The notes: a model not told the origin generated them from the sequence alone. Shown: positions 34,691-48,633, counted from the stretch's first letter. The stretch: 64,000 nucleotides of DNA from the human T2T-CHM13v2.0 reference genome, Homo sapiens (GCF_009914755.1 NC_060925.1), one strand, 5' to 3'. A program made the numbers and translations.

Positions 34691-35256
34691 TGTAAGGTAA
34701 CGGATGTGCTTTGGTCAAGGATAGGCCGAGGTAAACATCCAGAGTGACTCAGCCAGTTTACAGTGCAGGTGTATAACTCCACTTGTTATCACAGGTATGC
34801 ACCCATCACACAGGAAGGCCATCATTTGGCTCTCAGCCACTATTGTCTGTAACAGGTATCATTGCCCTGCTGACACTGTACAAGCTCGCTCGCACTCGTG
34901 CCCCAAGAAAGAGAGTCAGAGTGGTTCATCTTTGCAGACGGACGGGCAGAGCCAGGGCACAGCCTAGTTCGCTCGAGCTCAGAGAAAGAGTTAAGCTGCT
35001 GACCCTGAAGGGAGAGCCGGCCATGCAGCTGTGTGTGGGATCTGCTGGATTAAGCAGCCGAGACAGGGCGAACAGTGTGAGAGAGCTAGTGTGACTAAGC
35101 TGCTGATGAGAGAGCTGCTGAATACAATTACCTTTCACCTGCCTACGGTCCTGAGTGTTCGTTCCACTATCTGTTCATCCACCCTCTCCCTTCGGACCTC
35201 AGCATGAGTGGAACCTGACCCCAAGCATAACATCTGGCATAGTCATGAACCTGACA
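34691..35256 (+). mobile_element. LTR18-type ERVL LTR
   Basis: tgtaaggtaacggatgtgctttggtcaaggatagg...aacctgaca. Confidence 0.7.
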
Positions 35257-37000
35257 AGGGACCATATGCTCGCACCACTGTGCCAGGGTCAGCACAAATT
35301 TTAATTGGTAACATATGATTGCAATAGAGAAAGAGTAAAGTGTGAACTGAACATGACTTCTCTTTATACAAAGGTGACTGGCCAATCTCAGCTGGTCTGG
35401 TTACAAAGGTAAATTTTCACTGCAAGCATCTTATTTCTTAAAGGTAAGCAGAGTTAGGGAAGCGTAGAAATTCAGCTATGACACATAGGCATTACACCAG
35501 GTAACATCGATGCAGGCTGGGCTTTGGAATCATGTAAAACTGTGTGTGTCTTCCCTGTGTGCACAGGGGCTTAAACTATTCAAGTAGAAACTAATGCATT
35601 TGGCTTTGGATTCTAATTAAATATTTAGAGGTGTGTATACATTTGGGGAATTGTAATTTGTTAAATCCACATGCAGATATTTAGAGGATAATTGAAGGTT
35701 TACTAAGATTAGTGAAATGGCATGAAGTAGCATGTGGAGGGCCTCAGGAATTACAGAATCATCACCAGTGATAAACTCTAAGTGCTATGAGCTGTGATAC
35801 ACAGCTCTACTTCCTCCTTCTCAGAAAGAGAGAGAGGACAGGTGGAAGGGAGACTCCACGGTCCTGCAGGGAACAGATGGAGAGGGAAGGCTTGTCCATT
35901 CTCAGCACCGTGCCAAGCAATGGCTCTTGTGGCTGGGTGGAGAGAGACCCAGAACCAGAATCAGTCTCTCCCTGGGTCGGGGCAGGAGATGTGGAACACT
36001 GGTTTTATTTCTCTCTCTGGGCAAAGCCAGTGGGGAGAGATTCACAGGTCCCGGGTGCTGTCCCTCCTTCTTGCCACTGACTTGAATCTCCACTTGGCAA
36101 CTTCTCAAAGATGTGCTCTTCCCAGGGCAGGACAAGGAAAAGCACCACATCAGCATTCAAAGGTCAAGCAGTGGAGTGGAGAAGGGGCCAGGGGTTCTGG
36201 GCAGCGCTGAGTGAGGGGCAGCAATGACACCAGAAAGCCTGCCTAACTCTGCCTGGTGGCAGTGAGCCCAGTCTCTGGCAACGCCCCTTTATAATGCCTG
36301 CAGGCAGAAGTGACTCCTGCCCACCCCCAGCCCTTTACTAAGGGCAATTAGGACAGTCCTGCATCTCTCTCACAAAGGGATGGTCTAAGGAAGACCTGGC
36401 TGTTCTCCACCACGCCAAACTCCGGGCCCCACACCCTGGATGCCACTCCGTGGCTTGCTGTGGACCACTCTCTAGTCATTTATAGGCATGCTGGAAAACT
36501 TGAAGAAAGGCATTCTCCCCGCGGGCTCAGGCTCTGCTTCACTGTCCAGCCTTGGAACTACCACTGGTCCACTCTGGACCTCAGACTCTTCATTTATACA
36601 ATAAAGTGGTGGTCTCAATTATCCCCACAACCTTTACAGTTCCAGCTCCTCGGGGAGAGGGGATGCACACGTTCTGAGATGTCACTCCTCATTCAGAACT
36701 CACGTAGGGAGCCCCAGGAATAAGAACGCACAGCCCGCAACTTTAAAGGGCTGACAGTTTAACAAGGACTCAGAGACATAAGGTATAAAACTATCATGGT
36801 AGATACAGATCCTTGTACATTTGTTCAAACCAGGGTGAACCCTCAGGTGAACTGCGGACTTTGGGTGAAAATGATGTACACATGGAAGTTCATCAGCTGT
36901 AGTGAATGCGATGCCTGTGTCGGGGAACATGGGAAACTTCTATACCTTCCTCTCAAATTTTTCATGAGCCTAAAACTGCTCTAAAAACAAATTAGTCTTT

Positions 37001-37137
37001 GTCCAGGTACAGTGGCATGTGCCTGTAGTTCCAGCTACTCAGGAGGCTGAAGTGGGAGGATCCCTTGAGCTCAGGAGTTTGAGGCCAGGCTGGGCAACAG
37101 AGTGAGGTCCAGTCTCAAAAAAAAGAAAGAAAAAAAA
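37001..37137 (+). mobile_element. Alu monomer (FLAM-like)
   Basis: Single arm plus A tail. Confidence 0.8.
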
Positions 37138-37168
37138 GTCTTTAATTTTAAATAAATAATTGTAATTC

Positions 37169-37499
<331 letters not shown>

Positions 37500-38459
37500 T
37501 CACCACAAAGAATAAGTGTATGAGGTAATGGATATATTAATTAGCTTGATTTAGTCTTTCCACAATGTCTACCTATATCAAGCCATTGTACTCTGAGAGA
37601 CTTTCTCATGTGATGCCTCAGCTGTCACTGTGGACTTCCAATTTCAGGGTTTCCTGTGGGGAGGGGCTGCCTTCTTCTACCTCCAGGTAAGACTGATCCA
37701 GGCCAGCATATAGCAGTGCTCCATGAGGTGGAAACACCAGAGACACACAGGGATGGCCCAGGACCCTGGAAGCAGAGGGCGTCAGTTCTCGGTTCAGCCC
37801 CCTGACCACAGTCTGGGGCACACCCCTCACCGAGCCAGGTGACTGCATCTGCAGCTGCATTATGCACCTTCTGCTGGCATCTTGTGCAGAGCAAACAAGA
37901 GCAAAAAAATTAAAAAAGTAAAAAAAGTAAAATAAAAAAAAGTCAATCCTCTCTGTACATACGCGTAGCTGCATTCTTGGAAAATTCAGCCCAAAAGCTA
38001 TGTTGCCAGATGCTTTGCATTCGTATGTAAGACTGATTTAGGTTCTAAGCCCCAATCATTATAACTTTTGTCCACCTAGACATTCTACAGTCTGTGAAAG
38101 ATTGGGACAATCTTTTGTTGTTCAGGACCATCCCCAAAGTTACAAGATGTCTAGCATCCCTATTTCCTGCCCATGAAATTGCATGAGTCACCACTGCCAC
38201 TAATAATAATTGTAATCATGCTAAAACACCTCCATAAATCACCAAAACACTTCCCAGGGGATTGCACCTCCCTGTTGACAACAACTACCTGATTGTTAAA
38301 GGGTTTTGTTAATGAAAAGGTCAGTATTGACAGAAATAAAAAAGAACGCATCCATCAGCTCTGATTGGTGGATGAGACGGGAGTTAATAGCCACAGATTT
38401 CCAAAAGAACATGTCAATAATTGTACAATCATGTCTTGGTGTATCAGTCACATGGATTA

Positions 38460-38820
38460 GATTATGTTGCCGTAGAAACCTCCACACCCTAAGTTCCAGT
38501 GGCCTAACAATGTCTCCCCCACGCTCCATGTCTGATTGGCATTGACAGAAGCACCCTGCTCATCCTTATGACTCAGCACCTCTGACTGGTAGAGCTTTAC
38601 CTTACCACATGAGTTCATTTTCACAACTGCAGTAGAAAGAGGATGAGGTGAACCTCCTAAAGTGGCTTCTAAAGCTTCCCCTAAAAAGTGGCAAATGTCA
38701 CTTCTTGCCAGAGCTAGTGTCAAAGTCATTTTGCGACACACAGAGGGTGGGGAAGTGCAATCCAACATACATTCAGGAGGGGAAAGAAATAAACATTTAG
38801 TGATTAGCTCTGATGACTAC
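38460..38820 (-). mobile_element. Old MLT1-type LTR fragment
   Basis: attatgttgccgtagaaacc...cagtggcctaacaa pattern. Confidence 0.4.
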
Positions 38821-39759
38821 TCTGATGGATTCAAACTCAGTGCCCACGTACTAACTGTGCAACAAGTGCATATTGCTCGGCCTTTGCAAATCTGTTTCCT
38901 CATCAGTAATAGTAACAAAAATCATAGTAGCTGCTGCTTATTGGTCCCTTATTGTGTGTACTAAACATTTGACATTTCACTGGGTTGACAGAAAACTTAC
39001 AGGGTAAATGAGGAACATAATATATTTTAACAGCAATGTCATGAAAACTAAACAAGATAATGTATGCAAACAGTAGCTGGTGCTTGAATAATTACAACTG
39101 AGTTCAGCTCTGTGAAAGGTACAGTAAGAGGTGGGGAAGAATAGGCCAGGAGGCTCAAGAGAAGACGTCAAAGACGTAGACATAACCTTCAAGAAGGATA
39201 TGGGCATTTGGGAAGATAAGACATGAGTGCAGAAAACTGTAAGATATTCTTCTTGCTGTGGCAACTCTGAGGAAGAATACAAACAGGTTGTGAGGAAGCA
39301 GAAAAGGAAGAAAGGGGACACCAAGCTAGGGTGAAGAATAAGCTGAGGTATAAAGACAGATTGAGATTCCAGGGTCTAGGGGGAGGGACCCCTATGTCAC
39401 ATGTGGCGAAGGCATGGAGAAGAGTTTCTGAGAGTTCTCAGTTATGTTATGCTATCTTGAGTTATCCTCCCAATGGATCTGGGTTTTCCCACATACTTGT
39501 AATCAGCTCCCGCTGGCATCAACATTAACACTTGTCTAATCCAATCCCCTCTTTTTCAGATAAGAAGTCTGAGGCTGAGCAAACATATAAAATTTGGCTG
39601 AAGCTGAATGACAATTGATCTGGGTTTCCTAGTTCTCTCTAATGCCTGTTGCTCTCACCCCCACCAACTGCCATCCCTGGCCACTGTCCCATCTCCCCAG
39701 TTCTGAGATGAATATCCAGGAGTGTGCTCTTGTATCCATGCAGGGTCTGGGAGAAGATA

Positions 39760-40130
39760 TTAATATATCCAGAGAAACACTGACCCTCCCTGGGGAACAT
39801 TATACCCTCCTGCCTCATTGATGTCAGACATGGTCAAATGACTTGCTCCCATCAGTGCAACGTGAGCGGCAGTGATGTGTGTCCCTTTGTAGCAGAAGCT
39901 TTCAGGAATAGTCTGTGGTTTGCGGTGCTCCCTTTTCACTCCACATGACAACTAGTGATTCTTCATGCAGAGTCTTCTCCACCAGCTGGGTCCCAGGTTA
40001 AGATGACACAGAGTAGAAATGCAGCTTACTCAGATAACATAAACAAGAAATAAATATTTAATGTTTTAGCTTCTGGCACCTTGGGGTCACTTGCGATAGC
40101 ACCATTACCTAGCCTATCCTGACTCACATA
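39760..40130 (+). mobile_element. Old MLT1-type LTR fragment
   Basis: aagaaataaat...ttggggtcacttgcgatagcaccattacctagcctatcctgact. Confidence 0.5.
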
Positions 40131-41592
40131 TGTGACACAGCTATTTTCTCTCACTTGCTATCGACACTGCTGGCTAAAGACCATGAAGGTTCTATGCCAC
40201 AGCATGTACCTTACACAAAAGTAAAAGGTATGTTTCTACTCTCTAAATCCTCAAGACGTGGGACACAGACCAGGAGTGGAAACAGTTGAAACACAAATGT
40301 GGAATACAACTGAGCAGGTGCATTCATCAACATGGGGCACATTCAAATGTCCTAATCTTCTGGGCTGTTCATGGATAATTTTCTTCAGAAGGGTCTTTTG
40401 AGAAAGGTTAGAATGGTGAAGGGTGGCACATCCAATTTTCTCCTTCTAAAGAAAATGGCAGGAAGGAAGAGAAGCCTGGGCAGGGGCAAAGCTGTTCCTT
40501 AATCACTGTCATCCCAGGCAAGAAGTTTTATTGCTACCCACCCTTAATAACATATGGATAGACGCAGGTCAAAGAGATGAAGAGATGTGAGGGTGTTAGT
40601 CATCCAGCCCCCAGCCTGGGATCACCCACCGCTTTCACAGCCCCTAGCAGCCACCCACCCAGGATAACAGGGCCTCATGGAGTGTCTGAGGGTTCTTGCC
40701 CATGTTCACCAGGGACAGATGGTGTTTGCATGTCTTTCAAGGACAGACCTGTATCATGCAAAGGTGAAGGAGGAAATAAAGACTCTGCAAACATACTCAA
40801 TCCCCATTTATGACACCCATTTATATAGCTAGCAGCTGACCAATTCATCAAAATTCTGCCCTTCCTGAACACATAAAATGGGTGCAAAATAACAGGTCAA
40901 AGCTCAAGCGGCCAGGAAGGAACCTGGATGGGAGAGAATCAGGCTGAGCATAGAGTGGTGCCCATGGTAGAGCCCATCCTAGAGAAAGGCACCAGCTGCG
41001 CAGCTCCCCGTCAGACTTCAGGTTCCTCATGGACCCATCAATATCTGCTATGCTCCTTGTAAGAACTTGTGCATAAGGGAAGTATGAACGCTTACAGTTT
41101 TCTTATGCAGATTCTAAAGCCAAAGTGCCTGAGCTCTAAGCACCTAGAACAGTATGTGGCATGACTTGTTCTGAATAAGTGTCAGCTGCTGCTGCTACGA
41201 TGCTCCCACCCATCACTTCCATAGAGCTTGTAGCCAGAAGCACTGACATGTTAGGGATAGTCCAAACCTGAGACTTGAAAAATGAGTGAAATTCAGATGG
41301 GGTTAAGGGCCCCTGATCTATGGAACTCCCTCTTCCAGGAGCCCGGAGGGAAAAGGAAGAGGCAGATGTTGTGCGTGGAGAAGCCACCAGACCAAGCATG
41401 AGGATCTCAAACCTGAGTCCCAGCTTTTCTTTGGTTTAGCTCAAGAGGTAGGAATTGAACAGCCCCAACTTGGAGGACCAGGGATGAGGTGTCATCCTGT
41501 GGCCCACATTTGCTTAGCCAGAAATGAGAAAGGGTCAAAAATTACAACACATTAGTCTGAAGATCTCAATTGGCTATTAATTGCAATTATAA

Positions 41593-41890
41593 TTTTATTT
41601 CATTTTATTGAGACAGGGTCTCACTCTGTTGCCCAGGCTGGAGTGCAGTGGTGCAATTATGGCTCACTGCAGCCTTGAACTCCTTGGGCTCAAGCAATTC
41701 TCCCACCTCAGTCTCCTGAGTAGCTGGGACTATAGGTGTACACCACCACACCTGGCTAATTTTGTTGTTGTTGTTGTACAGACAGGTTCTTGCTATGTTG
41801 CTCAGCTGGTTTCAAAGTCCTGGCCTCAAGCAATCCTCCCGCCTCACCCTCCCAAAGTCCTAGAATTATAGTCATCAGCTGCTCCCTGCA
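41593..41890 (-). mobile_element. AluJ
   Basis: Diverged dimer. Confidence 0.85.
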
Positions 41891-41979
41891 ACCTATTTGC
41901 GATTCTAAAATGGGCAACACCTCATTCTATAAGATAGAATGAATGTTCCCATGACCTGAGCAGGGGAGGTTGGCTTTGT

Positions 41980-43066
41980 TGATGAAAAGAGTTAAACTCT
42001 GTAAAATATTTGAAAAGATTTATTCTGAGCCAAATATAAGAAATAAAACCCATGACACAGCCCCAGGGAGTCCTGAGAACATTTGCCCAAGGTCATTGGG
42101 CTACAACTTGGTTTTAGGAAGACGTAAGACACCAACTGATACATGTAAGATGTACATTGGTTTAGTCCAGAAAGGTGGAAAACTCAAAGTGGGGCGGGAG
42201 GTGGGGTTGGGGGAGAAGAGTGGGGGAAGGAGTAGTTTACAGGTCATAGATGGATTCAAAGATTTTCTGATTGGCAATTGGTTGAAAGAGTTAAGTTGTT
42301 TAAAGACCTGGAACCAACAGGAAGGAGTGTCTGGGTCAAGACAAGGGGTTATGGTCTGGGCGTATGGCTCACTCCTATAATCCCAGCACTTTGAGAGGCT
42401 GGGGTGGGCGGGTCACAAGGTCAGGGGTTCAAGACCAGCTTGGCCAACATGGTGAAACCCCATCTCTACTAAAGATACAAAAAATTAGCCGGGCATGGTG
42501 GTGCATGCCTGTAATCCCAGCTACTCGGGAGGCTGAGGCAGGAGAATCACTTGAACCCGGGAGGCGGAGGCTTCAGTGAGCCAAGATCACGCCACTGCAC
42601 TCCAGCCTGGGCAACAGGGCAAGACACCATCTCAAAAAAAAAAAAAAAAGACGAGGGGTTATGAAGACCAAGATTTTTATCATACAGATCAAATCTCCAG
42701 GTAGGAGATTCTCAACAGAATGTAGATTTTCCCTACAAAAAAATAGCTGTACCAGGCCTTTTTAAAATATGTCAAAGATACATATTTTGGGGTAAAATAA
42801 TTTGATTTCTTTCAGGGCCTGCTGTTATGTTGGTATGTTATTGCTATAAAGAGCTACTATGTCAGTCTTCAGGTCTCTGTTTTAATGTTAATGCTGGTCA
42901 GTTGTGCCTGAATTCCAAAGAGAGTACGTTATAATGAGGCATGTCCAACCTCCGCTTCCCATGATGGCCTGAACTAGTTTTTCAGGTTAACTTCAGGACG
43001 TCCTTATCCAAGAGGAGGGGTCTGTTCAGTTGGTTGGGGGCTTAGAATTTTATTTTTGGCTTACAG
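41980..43066 (-). mobile_element. MER4-family LTR interrupted by an Alu
   Basis: tgatgaaaagagttaaactctgtaaaatatttgaa...ttttatttttggcttaca. Confidence 0.65.
42353..42649 (+). mobile_element. AluS
   Basis: Full dimer; near-TSD aagac(a/g)aggggttat. Confidence 0.9.
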
Positions 43067-44069
43067 CTTTATAAACGGAAAAGGGCTCCGGGAAGCAGAA
43101 GAGAGAGCTAAAAGAGAATTGGTCATTTCAAAGTTAGTTTCCTTGTAAAAGTTAAAGCAAAGGGTACTTTCTCATCATGTCAGCTAAAATTGGCTTGTTT
43201 GAGGATCTATTACCTCTCTCTCTTGATTTCCTGGCAAGTCAGATAAACAGCTTAGTTTGAGCTTGGTATTGTGGACCTTCAGCATGAGTGACTTCACTTT
43301 GGTTTGGTCTATTGGGCTCAGTGGCAGGGGCTCAGTCTAAACCAATGGCCTCCTATAAATTTTATTCGATGGGAGTTAAATAAAGGGAATGTGTGTTAAA
43401 TAAAGAGAACATGTGGAATGGCTCCAGTATCTCTGTCAACCCCAAGGCCTAGATGGCAGCAGAGCCTCACACTGGACAAGGCGAGAGATCAATAAAGGGT
43501 ATTCAGACTGGACGGGCCTCTTCTGGTTAAAGAATGGCCCAGGGGCAAAGGTTTGTGTTGGGTCCTGAAACCTGAAAGAGAGGTTTAGACAGCCTTTTCT
43601 GAGCAATCTGCACACCCTCTTATCTTAGAATAGTTCATTTATTGGTGCCATGTGTTTAGCAGAACACAAACGGCTCCAAGACATATCCTTGGTATAGCTG
43701 ATTTACAGAGGAGTTATTGGGAATTAACTGTCTGGAGCCATAGCTGTCGATATCAGCCCTCAGTATGACTTAACATCATCATCTGTGGATCTTTACACAT
43801 ATATCCGTGTCCAGTTTATCCTCAGAGATTCTGATCTAAGCTGCCAGGAGAGGGGCCTTAGCAACTTTATTATTTAAGTTGGGCCTGGAATGGTGAACGC
43901 ATCGGTAAAATGGCAGATGTATAAGAAGTGCTCAGAAACGTGCCGAGCATTGTGTGGTCCAGCAGGGATCCCTGCAGGTGACTCTGCTCTTTCAGGGCAG
44001 CCATCATCCTTGCAACCTCCCAGGAAATGGCTCCTCAGGGGAACCAAGATCCATGCCCTGCACCCCGCC

Positions 44070-44497
44070 CAACTCAGCAAGATGGAAACTCTACTCTAGA
44101 GTGTTACAGCCAAGAACACACGGCTTCCTCTCCGCAGTGCTCCCAGTCAGGGGACAACTCAGCAAGATGGAAACTCTACTCTAGACTGTTACAGCCAAGA
44201 ACACACGGCTTCCTCTCCGCAGTGCTCCCAGTCAGGGGACAACTCAGCAAGATGGAAACTCTACTCTAGACTGTTACAGCCAAGAACACACGGCTTCCTC
44301 TCCCCAGTGCTCCCAGTCAGGGGACAACTCAGCAAGATGGAAACTCTACTCTAGACTGTTACAGGCAAGAACACACGGCTTCCTCTCTGCAGTGCTCCCA
44401 GTCAGGGGACAACTCAGCAAGATGGAAACTCTACTCTAGACTATTATAGCCAAGAACACACAGCTTCCTCTCCCCAAAGCTCCCAGTCAGGGGACAA
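44070..44497. repeat. 85-bp minisatellite x5
   Basis: caactcagcaagatgg... at 44070, 44155, 44240, 44325, 44410. Confidence 0.95.
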
Positions 44498-44502
44498 ACT
44501 TC

Positions 44503-44948
44503 TGTCAACCTACATTGACAGAGAGGGAGACTCTCTAACGAAAATGATGTTTATTTAGGAATAGAATTGCAATGGGAATATATGTGCCATAGAAAACTAT
44601 GTGTGTATTCAGGGAGGTAACAGAAGACAGTGGTTTTTAAAGGAAAAATAAGGAGGATTACATAATTGTTTTGAGATAACTGTCCTTGGCTATAAGAATC
44701 AAATAATAAAGGTGGTGCCAGTCTGAGGTTGGACAAGCAGTTGCTGGGCAGATGTCCTCGCAGAATTATATTTTTGTGTAAGGCTGTGATGGTCTTTGTG
44801 CAAGGCTGTGGTTTTTGCAGAGCTTTTTGTGATAGTTCCTGTTATCAGGCATTCGTGCGTGAGAACCCTCTGTTCACGGCCTTTTCTGGCTCTTTTTGTC
44901 GGAGCTTTGTTAACAAGGGACTTGTTTTGATTCTGATAACTTTCACAC
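44503..44948 (-). mobile_element. ERV1 solo LTR (MER65-like)
   Basis: Minus strand begins TGTGAAAGTTATCAGAATCAAAA. Confidence 0.6.
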
Positions 44949-45472
44949 TTTCTGGAGCAGAAAGTTAGCATGTCTCATCCTACCCCCAGTTTCTTCCTAC
45001 TGAAGATAATAAATTCCAGGTGAGTATGGCTGACAAGTGAAGACTCCCTTCTTCCTTGCCTCTCCTAGTCATGGGATACAGGCTCGACCTTGAGAATACT
45101 GCACATACTGCAAATACTGAGGCCCCAATCACCACTGCCCTAGTTCACTGGCAGCAGTCCCATGCCAATAAAGGCCAACCTGAGAAATTCTAGGGCTGCT
45201 GCACACCATTCTACCAAGTGCTCAGCTCCTAAAGTAGAGGCGTCACTCAGGAGAAGCATGCCATTTTCTCCAGAGCCATGGCTCAGAGATTTTACCCAGG
45301 GGCAGAAGCAGGCATAGAACAGAGAGCTCCAGCTTTCTACTCAAAGGAACAGACCTCACTTATAACTGAGTCTGAAGTTCAAGTCTAAGAGTCCTCTAAA
45401 TATAGGGGGAATAAAACAGTGGCGGTTGCGGTGAAAGGCGATTGGGAAGCAATTAGTAGATTCATTGACGAT

Positions 45473-45838
45473 TGCTATGGACTGAATGCTTGTGTTCCCC
45501 CAAAATTCATATGTTGAAATTATAACCCCCAATGTGATGATATTAGGAGATGGGGCCTTCGGAAGGTCATTAGATCATGAGGGTGGAGCCCTCATGAATG
45601 GAATTAGTGACCTTATAAAAGGGACCCCAGAGAGCTCTCTCACCTTCTTTCCACCATGTGAAGATACAATGAGAAGTCAACAGTCTGCAACCTGAAGAGG
45701 GCCTTCACCAGAACCTGACCATGCTGGCATCCTGATCTTGGACTTTCAGTGTCCAGAACCGTGAGAAATAAATTTCTTTTGTCTATAAGCCACCTAGTTT
45801 ATAATATTTTGTAATAGCACACCAAGCTGACTAAGACA
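45473..45838 (+). mobile_element. MLT1A-type LTR
   Basis: tgctatggactgaatg...gctgactaagaca. Confidence 0.75.
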
Positions 45839-46444
45839 GAAATATAGGCTAAACTGTAGGCCGGCTGGTTTGCCAGAGAGAAACAAGACACCAGACAACT
45901 ACAAAGAGCCCTCCTGGAGTCAGAACATGTTTCAGTGACTTTGGTAACTGTCCCTACAAAGGAGCCTGAATTTGATTAGCTAAGCCTATAGGGCAATGGA
46001 TGCCCAGAGCATTGTTGAAAACAGCTGAGCAATCAGCCTGCAATTAGAGAGCTTAACAGCTGAGTAAGTTCAGGAATAGATAGTCAAAAAGAAATCTGCC
46101 AAAACCACCATCATCCCACAATGACTGTGGGCATACCAAAGGTTGTGTCCTGTGAGGAGCAACATTAGAGGCTTAGAGGCTTCCCACTGCAGGGGGTGGG
46201 GAAGAATGAGTGTGGTAGTGGGAGAATAGGCTTCAGGAAAATAATCCAGCTAATCACTACACAAATAAGCAGGCAAATAACAATAACAAGCCCACCTGAG
46301 GTGGCGGGCACACCCGGAGTTGCTTCAGTACGTGATCTAAAATGTCCAGTTTCCAACAAACGTTATGAGACATGCAAAGAAACAGAAAATATGGCCCATA
46401 AACTAAAGAAAAATCAGGAAACAGAAACTGCCTCTATGAATGAT

Positions 46445-46489
46445 ATATTAGTCAGGATTGTCCAGGAAAACAGAATCAACAGGATGTTT

Positions 46490-46527
<38 letters not shown>

Positions 46528-46873
46528 TCATTTTAAAGGATTTCTTCATGCAGTTGTGGGGGCTTGGCAAGTTCAAATGTGCAGAGTAGGCTGGCAGGGC
46601 TGAAAATCCAGGGAAGACTTGTAATTTGAGTCCAAAGGCAGTCTTCTGGCAAAAGTCTTCCTTCTTCCAAGGAGGTTAGTCTTTTTCTATAAAGGCTTTC
46701 CACTGATTTGAGGAGGCCCACCCATATCATAATGGGTAATCTGCTGTACTCAGTCTACAGATTTAAATATTAGTCTCATCCAATATATAACTTCACAGAA
46801 ATTTCTAGAATAATATTTGACAAAATATTTGGATACCGTGTGGCCTAAGTTGACACATAAAATTCACCTTCAC
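46445..46873 (-). mobile_element. MLT2-type LTR with (GA)n
   Basis: tattagtcaggatt...aagttgacacataaaattcaccttcaca. Confidence 0.7.
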
Positions 46874-46906
46874 AAGTTACCAGATGTCAGATTTAACAAA
46901 GTTTCA

Positions 46907-47193
46907 TGGCTCACACCTGTAATCCCAACACTTTGGGGGGCCAAGGAGAGTGGATCACCTGAGGTCAGGAGTTCGAGAACAGTCTGGCCAACATGAAGAA
47001 ACCCCGTCTCTATTAAAAATACAAAATTTAGCCAGGCGTGGTGGCCCATGCCTGTAATCCCAGCTACTCAGGAGACTGAAGCAGGAGAATTGCTTGAACC
47101 CAGGAGGCAGAGGTTGTGGTAAGCCGAGATCACACCATTGTACTCCAGCTTGGGAAAAGATTGCGAAACTCCATCTCAAAAAAAAAAAAAAAA
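46907..47193 (+). mobile_element. AluS within old L1M 5'/ORF1 remnants (~45000-47600)
   Basis: Dimer lacking the first bases. Confidence 0.88.
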
Positions 47194-48633
47194 GTCTTCA
47201 AAGTAGTTCAAAGAACTAAAGGAAACTTGATTAAACAACTAAAGGAAGGTATGATGATAATATCACATCAGATAGAGAATATCAATAGATAGAAATTATT
47301 TTTTAAATGTAAATTCTGGAGTTGAAAAGTACAATAGCTGAAATAAAAAATTTAGCAGAGTTCAACATTGGACTTGAATTTGCAGAAGAAAGAACAAACT
47401 TGAAGATTGACTGATAGAGATTTTACAATCTTAATAACTGGCAGAATAAAGGATATAAAAATGAACAGAGCAACAGGGGGGAAGTCCCAAAAGAAAAAAA
47501 GAGAGAGAGAAGGAAGAGAAAGAAGCAGCAAAAAATATTCAAAGAAATAATGACTAAAAACTTCCTAAATTTATTGAAAAACATTACATATACAGGAAAC
47601 TCTCTCAACAAACTGTCTCTTACTTGGGTTTCCAAACTGCTGGTCTACCCTACACATTTTGGACTTTGGAATATTATTACAAATTTTTTTAAAAATCAAT
47701 AGTTTGGAGCTCTTTGCAGAATGTTTATGATGGGTAGCCTGCAAAAACTTCACCCTAAGATTTCCTCTAACTTTAATTGGTAGATGTTAGAAAACGTTAC
47801 TTAAATACTATTAGAAGTTTTCTGCATCAGCAAACCTGAGACTTCTTTGTTCTGTGACAGCTGCTACAATGGTTGCTTCAGGGAAAATGAGTAAAGAAAC
47901 TCTCATTGAGTGGTCCCCTTCTCCTATTAGGGTGGCACTGTGTGAGTTGGTGAGAGGGCCTTTCTCACTGCCTTTTCCCAGAATTTCTCTGTAAGCTAAT
48001 GACCAGGTATCTAAGCAGGAGTTTCCCTTGTAAAGCAATGGGCATAGAAGGTCACTACATGTGACTGGCTTTAAGGGCAGAGAGCTTGCTGGGGAAGGTG
48101 GAGGAGAAAACAGAATGTGACAAGGGGTCTTCTGTGGGGGCATATGTTAAGTTCTACATCCTATACCCCAGGAGTAGCCAATGTATCAGAAGCTGCATGT
48201 CAAAGTCTGGAGTTTCACTGATGAGTGACTCTGCTTTACTGATACCAGGGTGTCATTGCGTCTAAACCCTCTCAGCTTACTGATCAAGGAGATATATGAG
48301 TGTGCATTAACACTTATGTATACACATATTTATAAATATTTGTATATGTAACTCTCTATCCATATTAAGCTAAACATTAATTCATACCACTGTCTCCAAT
48401 TTTAATCCATTAACATGTGAGTCCTTCTAGCCCCCTCCCCTTGTTTATCTGTAACCTGGCTTTCACTATCTGCCATCCATTTACTTAATTGTTGAATTCT
48501 AGCATACATGTATAGCAGTATCAGAATTGTTACCTCCATGGGAAACAACTTTATTTACTGGAGTTCAGTGCTTATGAACAGTTTCTTTTGCCTTTTGTCT
48601 TACAGATTCTACTAATTTCCAAATTTGCTTAGG

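Larger units (their letters stand above)
37618..40748 (-). pseudogene. Candidate unprocessed pseudogene, single-LU-domain LYPD8 paralogue (exons ~40626-40748, ~40237-40394, 37880-~37618)
   Basis: Signal exon has the same coding length and phase as LYPD8 exon 3 after a 1-nt repair; ECxxC-x7-C exon; last exon with a GPI-signal-like tail. Hand reconstruction. Confidence 0.6.

Noticed and set aside
35860-36450. Minus-strand TATAAA (~36290) followed by AATAAA (~36006)
   Set aside because: The arrangement fits an ancient LTR rather than a gene; family not identifiable.
43932-44035. Minus-strand HFLGGCKDDGCPERAESPAG, resembling an LU second-half exon that could complete the 54.4 kb fossil
   Set aside because: No acceptor in the right phase, no clear CC..CN, and the 3' part looks like an L2/MIR end; worth re-testing only with alignments.
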